Shown here in pieces: positions 13,151-26,760 of a stretch of DNA of 64,000 nt; position 1 is the first letter of the stretch; each line of letters starts with the position of its first letter. Below the pieces are notes generated by a model. It saw nothing but the letters and a program-made list of their open reading frames with translations, was not told the DNA's origin and did no database searches. The stretch comes from Lama guanicoe (taxonomy: Eukaryota). The stretch covers positions 3,349,374 through 3,413,373 of the forward strand of contig MU054220.1 of NCBI GenBank assembly GCA_013239625.1. Direction: 5' to 3'. The position numbers and the translations under genes were made by a program.

Positions 13151-13839
13151 GTTCAGTCACTGTCAGTGAGTTTTTAGTTACTAGGAGCTGAATGCCTTCT
13201 AGATGATTCTGTTATCCAATCTTCCACTTCACAGGTGACAAAGCTGAGGTCCAAAGACCTGACACAGAATTAGCACGTGTCAGAGCTGATAAATTTAGGT
13301 CCCAAAGCCCTTGACAAGTCCAAGATTTTCCCCAGGATACAGTACTGCTTCCTGCTCTATGGCTCTTTTTCATCTAGACTGTGACATTTTCCTTTATGTA
13401 GGTGGCTGCATTTCCTTCACATAAAATGTATTGAGTATTAACCTTAATTGAGGACCTACCATGTTCCAGGCACTTTACATTATTTAATCTTACAAGTGTG
13501 AGGCAGACATTATGCCCATTTCTCAGACGAGGAATTGGAGGCTCTGAGAGGGCTGTACCATGCCAGGGTTCACCTAGGAGTAGACGGAAGCACCTGTCCC
13601 ACCCAGCCCTTCCTGCCACGCCTCACCTCCTCTCATGCTCCAGGGCTCAGCGCTGAGTGCGCCCTGGTGAAGTAGACATGACCCTCCTTGGCCGCTGAAT
13701 ATGTGCAAGAAAACCCTGCAGAGCACACAACGACATTTCTTTCGTGAAGTTTTCTTCTGTTAAAGTCGGGTGCTTTTTATAGGTTCTAGGTGGAGCTAGA
13801 AACAAGACCGAGGAAATGATGCGGTGACATTCATTGCCT

Positions 13840-13858
13840 TGGCCACTAGAGGGCAGCA
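13840..13858 (+). promoter_or_regulatory. CTCF motif (strong match)
   Basis: TGGCCACTAGAGGGCAGCA fits the core CCASYAGRKGGC, in non-repeat-looking DNA. Confidence 0.7.
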
Positions 13859-15907
13859 AGAGCCTATGTTGCCAAAGCCCCCCTTAGCCTTTTCTCCCAC
13901 GTTCCGTTGAAATCATTCACAAATTGATGGGAAACTTGGAGAAAGACCATGTTTCAGCCTTTTAGTCCAACATCTTCACCTTTATGATGGAAAAAACGGA
14001 ATCCCATGGGGGTCAGGTTGCTTCCTTAGGATCAGAAATTGCTAATCATTAGGTCAACAAATATTAATTGAATATTCATTGAGTCGCACGTGTTATACTA
14101 CACAATTGTTGCATGGGAGGTGGAGGTACAAGGGTGGGCAGGAAAGACGTGATGCCTGCCCCCACAGAGCTTGCAGTCTCGTGGAACACATGCACAATGA
14201 CTGAAGATGAGAAGCAGCCAGGCTTTCAAGAAAGCGAGGGATGAGAATTCCAAGAATGAGGAACCGCCAAGAGGAAGAGGGTTTGACTTGTGCTGGAAAC
14301 TGGTAGACCAGCAGTGTGGCTGGTCTAGTCAGGGAAGGAAGGAGAGGTGAAGATTCAATGGTATGATCATGACCTGTACTGAATTTTCACTAGGAACCAA
14401 GCACTGGGTTGGGTGCATTATCTCACTGCATGCCCACCACAAATCTATGACTTGCATACTATTGTTATACCCCTTTTATAGGCTCAGAGAGGTTAAGCCG
14501 CTTTGCCATGGCCGCACAGCCTGGAAGGAACATGGATGGGATCTGAACCGTGACCTGACTCCAGCACCCAAGCTCATCCTCCCTATCCCAAACCAAGGCA
14601 GAACAAAGGCTAGAACTCCAAGATGTTATCTCCTTGCCAGGACCCTCCTCACGATCAGCTTCTCCCCTTGCCTTTCAGGACGGCATCCTCTCACTGTCAG
14701 CTCCTGGGTGTGGGGGCAGGGGTGAAGGCAGAAGCAAACAATAGAGAGGAAAAGCTTTCCTAGAAAGAGATTATCAAAAGCCAGGAGGAGGATTCCCAAA
14801 ACTCACACTAGCAATTGTCCCCTTTAAAAAACAGTGCTCACAAGAACACAATTCTCTGACTATAAAAACAGATTCAGGAGACCCGGAGGAAGATGCCTCG
14901 GCTTCTGAACACTGCCTGGAAGCCTAGAGAAGTCACATGGCCGGCTTTTGAAATGGAGCCAACATTCCAGGGCTCCTGGAAAATGTTCAAAATTGCGTGG
15001 ACAGCAGAACCAGGCCCAATAACAGATCTACCTCCTAACTTTTGAGGAGTGAAGGTCCTGGAACTACAGGGCATGTCTCTGATGGCTCAGGCCTGCGGAG
15101 TGGTCACTGGGGGATGGAGGACGGGCTTCAAGAGGAGGGAGGCTGCAGAGAGATCTAGGTCTCCTTCGGCAGCTGGCCCCCAGCCTCCTTGCACCCTGGC
15201 CCTTGCAACACTACACTGGGGACCAGTTCACTTCTTCTGCCTCATCTCCACCTGCTTAAACTCATCCAAGCCTCAAGGCACAGCCCCATCATCCTAAAGC
15301 TGCCGCTAACACCTTCTCCAGAGCGCCAGTGTCTCCCTGCCCTCCACTCATTCCCTATTTAATCTGCATGAGAGCTTAGCCTTTGCTCAGCAGGACAAAA
15401 ACACAGCACTTGAAGCTGGAAAACCTAAGCTTGAGTCCCTGGTCCCACACTGGCAGGCTGTGACCTTGGGCACGTCACCACACCTCCCTGAGCTTGTCTC
15501 AGCCGGACCTGGGGCTTGATCTGGGTAACAATGGTGAACAGAGCGACCATTTCAGTGATTGCATCTGAACAAGTGGGCATCACAACAGCGACCTCTCCAG
15601 CTTGCTGCGAGTGTGGCGCAAAATAACACACAGAGGAGCTACTTATGAGTTTAATGAATCTGCATTATGGGGGTAAGGATGCTGATATTGCAGGCGCATT
15701 CTAACCGTCTAGGAGAGCAGGGCGCAGTGCGGGCAGCAGCCGGGAGCTTGGTCTGTGGGGTCATTCTGTCTGATTTTCATCTTGGGGCCGTCTTTTTCCC
15801 GCCTTTGAGACCATGGACAAGTTATCTCAGCCTCGTGCCTCAGTTTCCTCATCTCCAAAATGGGAGGTAAGAATGGTATCCATTTTCCAGGGTTGCTGAA
15901 GGAATCA

Positions 15908-16564
15908 TCAGTTTCTTAGGGCCGTCAGGACAAATTGCCAAAAACTACGTGGCTTACAAGAGAAATGTGTTCTTCACAGTTTTGGAGGCCGGAAGTCCAA
16001 AATCAAGGCATAATCAGGGCTGAAATCCTTCTGAAGTCTCTATGGGCAAATCTTTCCCTCCCTCTTCCAGCTCCTGGTGGGTCCAGACCTCAGGCCTTCC
16101 TTGGCTCATGGCTGCCTCGGTCCAACTCCCCTGTCTTCACATGGGCTCGCTCACCTGCCTCTCTAGGTGTCTTTTTTTTTTTTTTTGATATTTTATTTTA
16201 TTTTTTAAAAATTTGTATTGAAGCGTAATTGATTTACGTTAGTTTCAGGTGTACAGCAATGTGATTCAGCTATACATACATATATACATATATATATATC
16301 TTTTCAGATTCTTTTCCATTACATGTTATTACAAGAAATTGAACATAGTTCCCTGGGCTACACAGTAGGTCCTCGTACATCGGGTGTCTTTTATAAGGGC
16401 TCTCAGCATTGAACTTACGGCCCACCTGGATAATGCGGGGTATCTTGAGATCCTTCACTGCATTACATCTGAAAAGGCCCTTTTTCCAAATAAGGTCACA
16501 GTCACAGGTTCCAGGGATTAGGAGGCTAACATGTGCTTTGGGGGCCACCATTCACCCCACCACA
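15908..16564 (-). mobile_element. MLT1 (MaLR) solo LTR interrupted by a short L1
   Basis: tcacagttttggaggccggaagtccaaaatcaagg...ttccaaataaggtcacagtcacaggttccaggg...accattcaccccaccaca. Confidence 0.8.
16176..16382 (-). mobile_element. Short 5'-truncated L1 3' UTR insertion
   Basis: Poly-T then antisense L1 3' UTR. TSD GGTGTCTTTT at 16166-16175 and 16383-16392. Confidence 0.8.
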
Positions 16565-18099
16565 ACCAAACAATGAATGCATGTTACATGTTGAACACAG
16601 AGCCAGGAGCTTATACTGCTGTGCATTTAAAGGCTGTGTCTGAGGTTAAACTGCAGAAGCATGTCCAGCACGAGAACAGAAACCCAAGTGTAGAGAGATT
16701 GGTCGCCCTTCCCCTCGGGCCTCTGGGGCCAGCGGCCTGGCTTGTCATGCTGCGTTTCCCGACTTGACCAAACTTGTTTCAGCCTTCAGAGTCCCCCACG
16801 TCTCTCTGTTATAAACAGGGTTTTCACAAAACCACCAGTTATTACAAAGTCTGCATCTTGCTTCACTAAGATCAGGCTGGAGGTGACCGCCGCCCCGAGG
16901 CTGAGGAGTGCAAGTTACAGAACAGCCCACCTGCAGGCGGGGGAGAAGCAGGCAGCAGAGGTGGTCTTGTTTGGTTTCAGGCCCCAGCCAGCTTGGCCTC
17001 CTTAGGAAATGCCAGGCATCAGGTTGAAAGGTCAAGGTGGTTTTTCACTGAAGAGAAAGGACGTTGGTCTCACCCTAAGAGTCTGTCCCATGGCTGAGCC
17101 TGGTCAGGTGTGTACAAGTGTCAGGGGTATGTCTGGTGGAAGGAAGAATAGGAAAAAAAAAAAAAAGAATGACCTGGGACTGAGGAGGGTGGGGAGGTCC
17201 ACGGAGGTGGAAAGAGAAGGGACAGCTACACTGGTTCCAACCCTGGCGGGTCATGTGACCACTCAGAGCCTCAGTGTTCTCAGCTGACAAATAGCAGCAT
17301 CGCAGGAAATGACCCTTAGGGACTCAGTGTTGGGTGGACACACAGGTGGTGCTACAAGGTGCCAACTCTTATTCCTACCACGACCAGAACGAAGAATAAT
17401 GGGTGACAAGGCACTGTGGGGGTGACTGGCTCCGTTCCAGGACAGTGGAAGGACGAGAGCTCTGAGCTGGACCTGCCTGTGTCTGTGCTTGAAATGAAGC
17501 CTGGGGGCGGGGGACTCACGGTATTGTGGGAACCACAAGAGAAGCCTCTGTGCCAACTGAGAGGGTTAATTCTTGGGCCCCTAAAGTGACTTCTGGAGGT
17601 AACGTCAGAATAATAGTGCTTCGTGACCATTGTATGACCCTATTTTCACCCCTAGAGACCCCACCCCAGTAACCTGTGGTTGAGGTCCTGGCCGAAAGTG
17701 CTTTCAGGTAGTGATGATGTCAGGTTGGTGAATATGCTGTCATCGTCCCTGCGCTGATGGAGCACATTCACCCAGTCTTCCCGGCCCTGCACAAAGCTGC
17801 TCGTGAGTAGAAAGTCCACACCTCTCTCCTTACCATGCCAGCTTCTGGGACCCTCACCCCTAGAGGCCAGCCTTGGCTGATCTGGGCTTCATTTTAGAAG
17901 AAGCTATTTGTTCGCCTGGCTGAAGGGAGAATCTTGAGTTAAGAGACAAGTATAATTTTAGCAAGACTTTCTTTTGCTCGGTGGGTTCAGAATGACTGTG
18001 GTAGCTCCCTTCTGGAAAACTGCCCACTTGCCCCGGTGTAATTATTTTCTTTAAAAGTTGAGAAGCACATCTTACCCTCACTGCCACCCTCAGATCTAC

Positions 18100-18350
18100 G
18101 GCAGTGAACCACAGAACAGCAAACACAAAAAGAATATCTTGAGGCGGCCAGGGAGAAAAGACTGTTACACAGGAAAGACAATTACACAGACATCAAGTCT
18201 CACTGCAACCCTAATGGAAGTCAGAGGACAATAGAACATTGCCTCAAAAATGCTGAGAAAAACTGTCAACCTAGTGTTGCACAACCAGTGAAACGATCTT
18301 TCAAGCACAAAGACAGAACACAAACGGAGCACTGGCTACTAACAGACCTC
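18100..18350 (+). mobile_element. Old L1/HAL1 ORF1 C-terminal remnant
   Basis: aatatcttgaggcggccagggagaaaag...aatggaagtcagaggacaatag...aactgtcaacctag resembles the L1 ORF1 3' region. Confidence 0.55.
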
Positions 18351-18370
18351 CTCCCAGACAATACAGACAC

Positions 18371-20600
18371 CTCCTTCTCTCTTTCCAGTTCAGGTGACTT
18401 TTATTTACTTTTCTTGCTGAATTGCTCTGGTTAGAGCTTCCAGTACCATACTGAATAACAGCGGTGAAGCCCGTATCCTTGTCTCATATCCGATCTTAGG
18501 GGGAAGTTTTTCAGTCTTTCACTGTTGAGTATGCTATTAGCTGTGCATTTTCCAGAAATGCTCTTAACCAGGTTAAGGAGTTCCATTTCTGATTGTTGGG
18601 TGTTTTATTACAAAAATTGTGTTGGATTTTATCAAATGCTTTTTGGCATTTTGGCTTTGTGGGTTTTTTCCTTCCTTCCATCCATGTGGTGTATTATATT
18701 GATTTTAACGTGTTAAACCATCCTTGAACTGCTGGGATAAATCTCATTTGGTCATGGTGTGTTGTCATATAAGATTGCTATTGGAGTTGGTTTGCTATTT
18801 TGTTGAGAACTTTGCATCTATATTTGTAAGGGATATTGATCTATAGTTTATTTTCCTGTGATGTCTTTGACTGGCTTTGATACCAGGATAATGTTGGTCT
18901 CATGTGATGAGTTAAAAAGGTTCCCTCCTCTTCTGTTTTTTCGGAAGGCTTGTACGTGAAAAATGAAAAAAAAAGAAGCTGAAAGATATTAAAGGAGATC
19001 TAAATAAATGGAAAGACACCTGTGTTCATGAATTGGAAGACTTAGTATCATTAAGATGGGAATAAGCCCAAGTATTCTACAGATTCAGTGAAGTCCCTAT
19101 TAGAATCCCATGTGTATATTCAGCAGAAATGGAAAAGCTTATCCTAAAATTCATATGGCATTGCAAGGGCCCACAAAGAGTCAAAAGTTTTTTAAAAGGA
19201 TAAAGTTGGAGGACTCAAACTTCCTGATTCCAAGACTTACTACAGAGCTACAATAATCAAAGGTGTGGTACTTACATGAGGATAGATATATAGACTAATG
19301 GGATAGAATCGAAAGTCTAGAAACAAACTAACACCTTTATGGTAAACTGATTTTCCACAAGGGAGCCAAGACTATTCAATGGGGAAAGAACAGTCTCTCC
19401 AACACACAGTGTTGGGCCAGCTGGACACCCACATGCAAAAACAGATAAATAAAATAAAGTTGGACTCTTCACACTACATACAAAAATGAACTCAAAATGA
19501 ATCAAACCCTACTATAAGAGCTAAAGTTATGAAACTCTTGGAAGAAAACATAGGGATAAATCTTCATAACCTTTGACTTTGCAATGGCTTCTTAGCTATG
19601 ACACCAAAAGCACAAGTAACAAAAGAAAAAATAAAGTTGGACTTTATCAAAATTGAAAACGTTTGCACATCAAAGAACGCTATCAAGAGAGTGAAGACAA
19701 CCTGTAGAATGGAAAAACATGGACACATCAAACATGAGAGAGTCTAGCATCCAGAATATGTTCAGAACTCTTACAACTCAACAAAAAGAGACCATCCAAT
19801 TTAAAAATGGGCAAAGGACTTGAATAGACATTTCTCAGAATATACACAAAAGGCCAACAAGTGTATGAAAAGATGTACAGTCATTAGTCATTCAGGAAAT
19901 GTAAAGCAAAACCACGATGAGATACCAACTTACACCCACTGGATGGCGAGGATGCGGGGAAACTAGAACCCTCATACATGGCTGGGTGGATTATAAAATG
20001 ATGCAGCCACTGTGAAAAACAGTTTAGCAGTTCCTCAATAAGTTAAATATAGAATTACTATATGACCCAGCCATCTCATTCCTGGGTATATACCCAAGAG
20101 AACTGATAACGGGGGTTCGAACAAAATCATATGCTAATTTCATAGCGACACTATTCACAGCAACACATAGGTGGAAATAACCCAAATATCCATTAACTGT
20201 TGAATGAATACAAATGTAGGCTATCCAAATGGGGAAATTATTCAGCCATAAAAAGGAAGTTAGCACTGATACAGGCTACAGCATGGATTAACATTGAAAG
20301 CATCACGCAAAGTGAAAGAAACCAAACACAAAAGGTCACATAATTTACAATTCCATTTACGTGAAATATCCAGAATAGGAAAATCAGACACAGGAAGCAG
20401 ATTAGTAGGTGTCAGATGCTGGGGTGCAGAGATTGGAGGGTCACTGCTAGATGAGTATGAGGTTTCCTTTTAAGGAAAAGAAAAAGGTCTGGGAACTGGG
20501 TAGTGGTGAAGCCTGCCCAACATTGTGAATGTACTTAATGCCTCTGAACGTATACTTTATAAATGATTAAAATGGCAAATTTTGTTATATTTATTTTTAC
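18371..20600 (+). mobile_element. L1 with inverted 5' segment (18371-~18952 antisense, ~18953-20600 sense through 3' UTR)
   Basis: The antisense part encodes degenerate RT motifs (VLEALTRAIQQE at the left end). The sense part starts LKDIKGDLNKWKD and runs to an L1M 3' UTR. Confidence 0.8.
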
Positions 20601-23600
20601 CACCCCAGAAAAGTTTCCCAATAACTGAAACTAGTACATAAAAGAATTTTCCTTTCTGATATGCATCCATGTTGACACAACTAGTTCATGTCTTTTAGAG
20701 GAATGATATGGCTTTGAAACAAAAGCACATTGGTTTCAAAACCATGGCCAAGTTAAGTAAATTTGCTAACTCTTGTGTCAACTCGATATTATTAACATTG
20801 AATTCCAAGAAGTATTGCAGACTCTAAATTTCTCATCATCAACAAAATGTTCTTCGTATTTTTTTCCTGTGCAACCCAACCCACCCAACAGCTGTGCAAA
20901 GTTTCAGAGGGCAGGGACGGGCTAAGCCATTCTCGGGGTTGAGTCTACTGGATCCTCTCACTTTGACAAGCCCTTGAGTGTTGCTATGTTAGTTTTGTCT
21001 TTTGTCCTTTTTTTTTTCAGTGACTGTGTTATGAAAAAGTATTTAAAGAATAGGACATAAGAACAGGTGTAAAAGAGGGGACATGGGAGGCTCACAGGCG
21101 AGTCACTTGCTGTATGGAAAAACTGGTCACCCCTGGGAGGGGCTGTCTCTCAGCGGCCAGCGAGGACCCAGATTCCAGAGCATCAAAAATAGAGAAAATA
21201 AGAAAATGATGACAGCAGACGTGAGTGGTTCTTGCCTGGGATTGTTGGCACAGAAAGGATGGGATCTGGGTCAGCCTGAGTATCTTAAAGTGGGGTATGG
21301 CAGTGGCAAGCCGGTTGGAGGTGGGTGAGGACAGGCAAATGAATCAGACAGATCCCGGGGAAGCTCGATTCGGTGAGAGCTTGAGACCCTGAGAGAGGGC
21401 GGGGGTCAGGGCAGGAGGCGGAGCCCAGATACTAGGGGGTCTGGGCTCTAGAATCTGAGTGTGTTCGCAGACGGAGGGGAAAGTCAGGGCCTGGGGCTGA
21501 AAAAGGTGGGATCCAGAGCTAGAAGAACGGTGTTGGCAGAGAGGCACCACGAGGCAAGACTCGAGAACCAAAGCTACATGCGAAGGGCTGGTCTGTCCCA
21601 GGGAGAAGGTGGAGGTGGGAGGCTCAGGCTCAGGCCGAGGAGCCCGGGAATCCGACAGGGTACGGCGGGAGCAGCCCTGTCGCCAGCCCCTCAAAAGGGC
21701 AGCGGGTCCCTCTATCACATGTCTGGCAGCAGGGATCTTGCCAAAAGCTGCCCTCACACGCCGGTTTGCCCCTGTGGCTGCAGGGTACACAGCCCGTGAG
21801 TGGAATCAGGGTGGGGAGGGAACGGCCGCATCCCTGACTTCTCAGTATCATTTTTATGCTTTATCTCAAGATTTTTCTTTCACATCCCTTTCCCGAAGTG
21901 TTCCCTTCTGCGTCACCCTGCTAGGAAGAGGGATCAGGAAAGAAGGGGGAGCAACGACCCATCTTTCCCCGAGAGAGAGAGAGGGCGCCCTGCGCCACCC
22001 CAGCTCCTTCTGGACAAGCTCAGCACGGTGGACCCTGGAGCCGAAGAAATCAGGAGCAAAGGGGTCTTACAAGAGGCGGAGAAGAAAGTTCCTTTCAGTT
22101 TAGACCCTGAGAGCCCCAGGCATTAGCGTACCAGGTAAAATGGTCAGTGACCATTGGTAGTAGTAAAGCTCTCTCGTGTACAGTGCTGTCACTTATAAAG
22201 TGTTTCCACCTGCAGTCTCCCCCGTGAGCGTCACAAGTGCCCCGTGGTGATGCAGATCAGATGCCACCTTGCAGCAGGAGCCTGAGCCTTGTCCTCCAGG
22301 ATCAATCTCTTCAGCTTACAGCGCCACCCAGTGGCGAGACCCACGCCCCCCTCCATCATTCGGTCAGCCCCCTGCTTGGGCAGAGCTGTACTCTCCACAT
22401 TCTCCTCCTCTCAGCCTCTCTCATCTGGGGGCTTTGCTGGAACACCCGAGGCTCAAGACTGCTTTCCAGATCAGCCCTAATGCAAAGGAAAGGCTGCATC
22501 TAGTGATACCTGAGACAAAAAGTGGACTGATGCACGAGGTTCTTTGATGTCAGGGGATTCTGTTTCAAACTCTCTTAAGAATCCAATCCATGGCTACTAA
22601 ATCACCCTATTTGGGTTTTTACTCTGAGACTCCCTGCCACACTTCAGGGGACGAGACATGGAGGAAAGCCCTAGTCCTTCCTCTAACCCCTGCCCTGCGC
22701 AGCCTGTTCTCTAGAAGAATGGATGTTGGTCTTGTCTTTCCTGAAGGTTCCAATCCCAGGTATCCCTCTACACCAAACAATTGACTTAGAAAGTCGGGGA
22801 GAAACAAGACTCAGCCTCTGCTGGAACTACGCCTAGGCTTTCCTTCCCTGATCTGTGTCTCCATTGTTCTTCAATATTAGTAACAATTGATTTCTTTGTA
22901 GGATGTAGAGAAACAGGAGGAGCTCCACCCCACAGGAAGTAGAAAATAAAATCAATTCTCCAAGAGGTAGGGCTTGAGGTCAATCATGGGACACTAGCCT
23001 CCTCAGAAAAAGTCTACCAGCTTCGGGAAGCTGGGCTCTGGGAATGTGCTCTGGAGAGCTGAGCTCTAGGCCCTGATCACAGAGCTACTGTGTCATCACA
23101 AAGGGGTCTTGTGAGAGGGGGAGGGAATGGAGAGAAGATGAACCCACAAACCCCACCCTCACCATCTGAACTATCAGGTCCCTCCACCCTTCTCTGGACT
23201 GCTCCATCTGCAAAGCCATCAGGATTTTCTATTTAGTTCACATAGAACTCAGAGGTCAACTGTGTCCACCATTCAACCCACCCACCCTGACTCAAAAGAA
23301 TGGCTGATGTCATTGAGAGAGCCCTAGACTCAGGGTCAAGATTTCAGAATTAGCCACGAGTGAACTGGGAACCTTGAACAAATCATTCCTGGCTCTGGAG
23401 CTCAGAATTTTCATCTGTTAAGAGCACTGGACTGTACCAGAGTTTTCTGCGGAACACTGTTTCCCAAGAAGATGGTGAAAAATGGGGGCAATACATTCCA
23501 AGGCCCAATAAGTAATTCTGCAATTACTCCTTGCAATTCAAATGCATCCAAGGGTATTAAGAGGTCTAAATTCCTGACAGTAAAGAAACCTCTTAAATTT

Positions 23601-24959
23601 TCTTCAGTCTGACATTTCCAAACGTTATTGACCACAGAACATTCCCTCCTTTGTGTATGTGTATAAAAACAATTAAGACCTTGAAGAATATAATTTTCAA
23701 TGGATTACTGGATTACTTGGGGATATTATGAATGGGATGATTGCTAAATTTGTTTTACTCTTTAAACTCATCATATCTTTCTCCTAAATTAGGAGACACT
23801 CTCTCAGTTAAAAATGAACTCATTACAAGACAAGTAGGCAGTTGATAAATCAGAGTAAACACTGGTGCCATTTTCAGAGCAGAGCCATCCAGAGAGTGGA
23901 AGAGGAAGCCCCCCTCCCTGGGGGAGGGCCTGACCAGTCACATGTCCCCAGCTCCTTTGCTGGGATCCTGGCCCACAGCAATGTCCTCTTCTCAGGTGGG
24001 ACTCTGGACAAGGTCATGAGAGAGAGAAAAAGAGCTGCGTTTCTTTCTGCCCAATGCCCCAGAACGTCACCTCCTCTCATCTTCATGAGAAAATTGTTAT
24101 AAAAGGCCCCTTCTTTATTTCAAAGATGATTTTACAGAACTGATCTCAGTTGGGTGTGTTCCTAATTGGGCTTCTTTTTCCAAATTGAGAGAATTATTTT
24201 ACATTGACGTAAAATAGACCCCTTTCATCCCTTTTGTCCCGTAGCCTCCTGTGTTGTGGATTTGTTCATCCCTTCATTCTCCAAAATGTTATACCTGCCA
24301 GGCATTAGATTTGAGGACTCAGCAGGAACCCCAGAGGCTAGTCCAGTGTTGGCTGTTTTCATCTGTACTTTACACTTTACCTCTCTATGTGCATTTATAA
24401 TTCCCCAAATTTATTGTAAGTCCATTGGGGCAAAGCCTAGTCTCCGACAGTACCCACAACAATGATCTATGAAGGCTGGTACTTGCGTGCTCTGGGCACT
24501 CCCACCTAGCTGCTGGGTAAGTAAGAGAAAGGATGAATGAATGACTAGACCCCAGCAGACAGCTGGTCCAGGCTATGAGACAGAATCAGTTTCCCAAGAG
24601 GTGACAGAGCAGACCTCTTATTCAATACAAAGTGCATCTTTGACTGTTTCTCATTTAACAAGCCAGTCACTCAAACAAGAAAATGTGGGCCTGAGAATTG
24701 ATCCCAAACCACTGGAAATGAATTCTCAGATGCCCACTGAGAGCATTCGGAGCATGTTCCATAGAACATCAGAGCTGAGACCCTGCCCACTCTTAATTTG
24801 TGATCTTGGGCACATTAATCCCTTTCTCAGTCCTTTTCTTTCTTATCCTAAAAGGAGGATATCAATAATCCCTTCACAGAGATTGTGATGAGAATTAAAT
24901 GGAACAATGTACAAAAGGGTCAGCAGATTACATGCACAAAAGCAAATTAATTGTGCAAT

Positions 24960-25720
24960 TTCAACTATGTGTGCATAGCAGAAACAAAATTTTTAAGGAA
25001 GGCATGGAAAGAAAAATGCTTCCCAAATTAATACGAAATGTAATGCAAAAATGGGATAATTCTTTGGAACAAGAAAAATAATTTAAAAGTTCAGATGGAA
25101 GAATAAATATCCAAGAATTGCCAAGAAAAATTTTGAAAAGTAATAATGAGGAGGAACTTGCCCCAGGAAATATTAGAACCTAGGTCTAAAGGTACTACAA
25201 TGAAAATAAGTCTGATTTTGGCACCAAAACACACAAATATAATATTGGCTTAGAATAGAGAGCCAAAAAATAGATCCAAGTATATGTGGAACGTGATCCA
25301 TAACAAAGGTGATACTTCAGTTCACTGAGTTGAATAGTTTATTTACTAAATGGTGCTGGCATAATTGGCTGTGCACCCGGATTGATTAAAGTCCAATAAT
25401 AAATTCAGGATGAATTAAAAACTTAATGTAACAACTAAAACTTTTGAAACTGAAAATACATTGTAGGAATGGGAAATACCTCATTAAGTAAGGTATGACA
25501 CCCAGAAGCCGTAAAGAAAAAGATGGATAGGTTTAATTTTATTAATATTTGATTCTTCTCTATAAAAATGATGCTACTCACAAAGTTGGAAAATGAATAT
25601 GAAGTTTGGAGGACGTAATTGTAACACGTATGCTAGGTAGAAGCGTGCTCTTAAAGAACTCCTACATATTGATAAGAAAATGACAAGCAGCCCCACTGGG
25701 GAATAGTTGAAGAGAGGTCC
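24960..25720 (+). mobile_element. Very old L1 ORF2 fragment
   Basis: aaaagttcagatggaagaataaa...gaggaggaacttgcc...aaatggtgctggcataattgg. Confidence 0.6.
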
Positions 25721-25828
25721 ATTTTCAGAAATCTTTTGGAACAAATATGCTGAGGAACCCTTCTCAGTACAGAGAGATCAGAAAGTGGATGAGAGATTAG
25801 AAGTAAAATATTTTTAAAAGCATGACTG

Positions 25829-25941
25829 GAGAGGGAAGGGCGTAGCTCAGTGGTAGAGCACGTGCATGCGGTTCAATCCAAGGGCCTCCATTAAGATAAA
25901 TAAATAAACAAACCTAATTATCTCCCCCATTAATTAATTTA
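25829..25941 (+). mobile_element. tRNA-derived SINE (camelid Vic-1-like)
   Basis: Pol III A box gtagctcagtggtagagc, B box ggttcaatcc, AT-rich tail, TSD AAAAGCATGACTG at 25816-25828 and 25942-25954. Confidence 0.85.
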
Positions 25942-26059
25942 AAAAGCATGACTGAGCTGGCAGTAAAGTCAGGGCAGCAATGAGAGGGCAGAAACTATAA
26001 GAAAATGCCAACCAGAGGGTAAGCGAATGCTGGACACTCAAAGATTACCAAAAGACTTC

Positions 26060-26760
26060 TTAAAAAATGAAAAACAGAGCTAGCACATGATCCAGCAATC
26101 CCATATCTGGGCATTAATCCACAAGTCAGGATCTCAAAGAGATGTCTGCACTCCATGTCCACCGCAGCATTGTTCACAATGGCCAAGACAAGGAAGCAAC
26201 TCAAGTGTCCATTGACAGACAAAGGGATAATGAAAATGCAGTATATACATACAAGGGAATATTATTTATCCTTGAAAAAGGGGAAAATCCTACCATTTAT
26301 GATAACGTGGATAAATCTGGAGGAAGTTATGCTAGTGAAGTAAGACCCAAAAGGACAAAAACTATATGATACCGCTTAGATGGAAAATCTAAAATAGTCA
26401 AACTCATAGAAGCAGAGGGTAGAATGGTGGTTGCCAGGGGCTGGCAGGAGGGGGAGGGGAAGGTATTAGTCAAAGGATATAAAGTTTCAGTTTTACAAGA
26501 TGAGTAAACCCTAGAGATCTGTTGTACCACATAATGTCTATAATTAACAATACTGTACTATATATGTAAAGCTTGCTAAGAGGGTAACTTTTATATTATG
26601 TTTTTATCACAAAGAAATAATAATAATAATAATTAATAATAATAATTAATAATAATAATAATATAGGAGGTGGGAGGAAAACTTTTGGAAGTGATGGATA
26701 TGTTTATGGCATAGATTGTGGTGATGGTTTCACAGATGTACACTTATTTCCAAACTCATC
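26060..26760 (+). mobile_element. L1MA-type ORF2 end and 3' UTR, with (AAT)n tract at ~26615-26662
   Basis: atgatccagcaatcccatatctggg...aaactcatagaagcagagggtagaatggtggttgccagggg. Confidence 0.8.
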
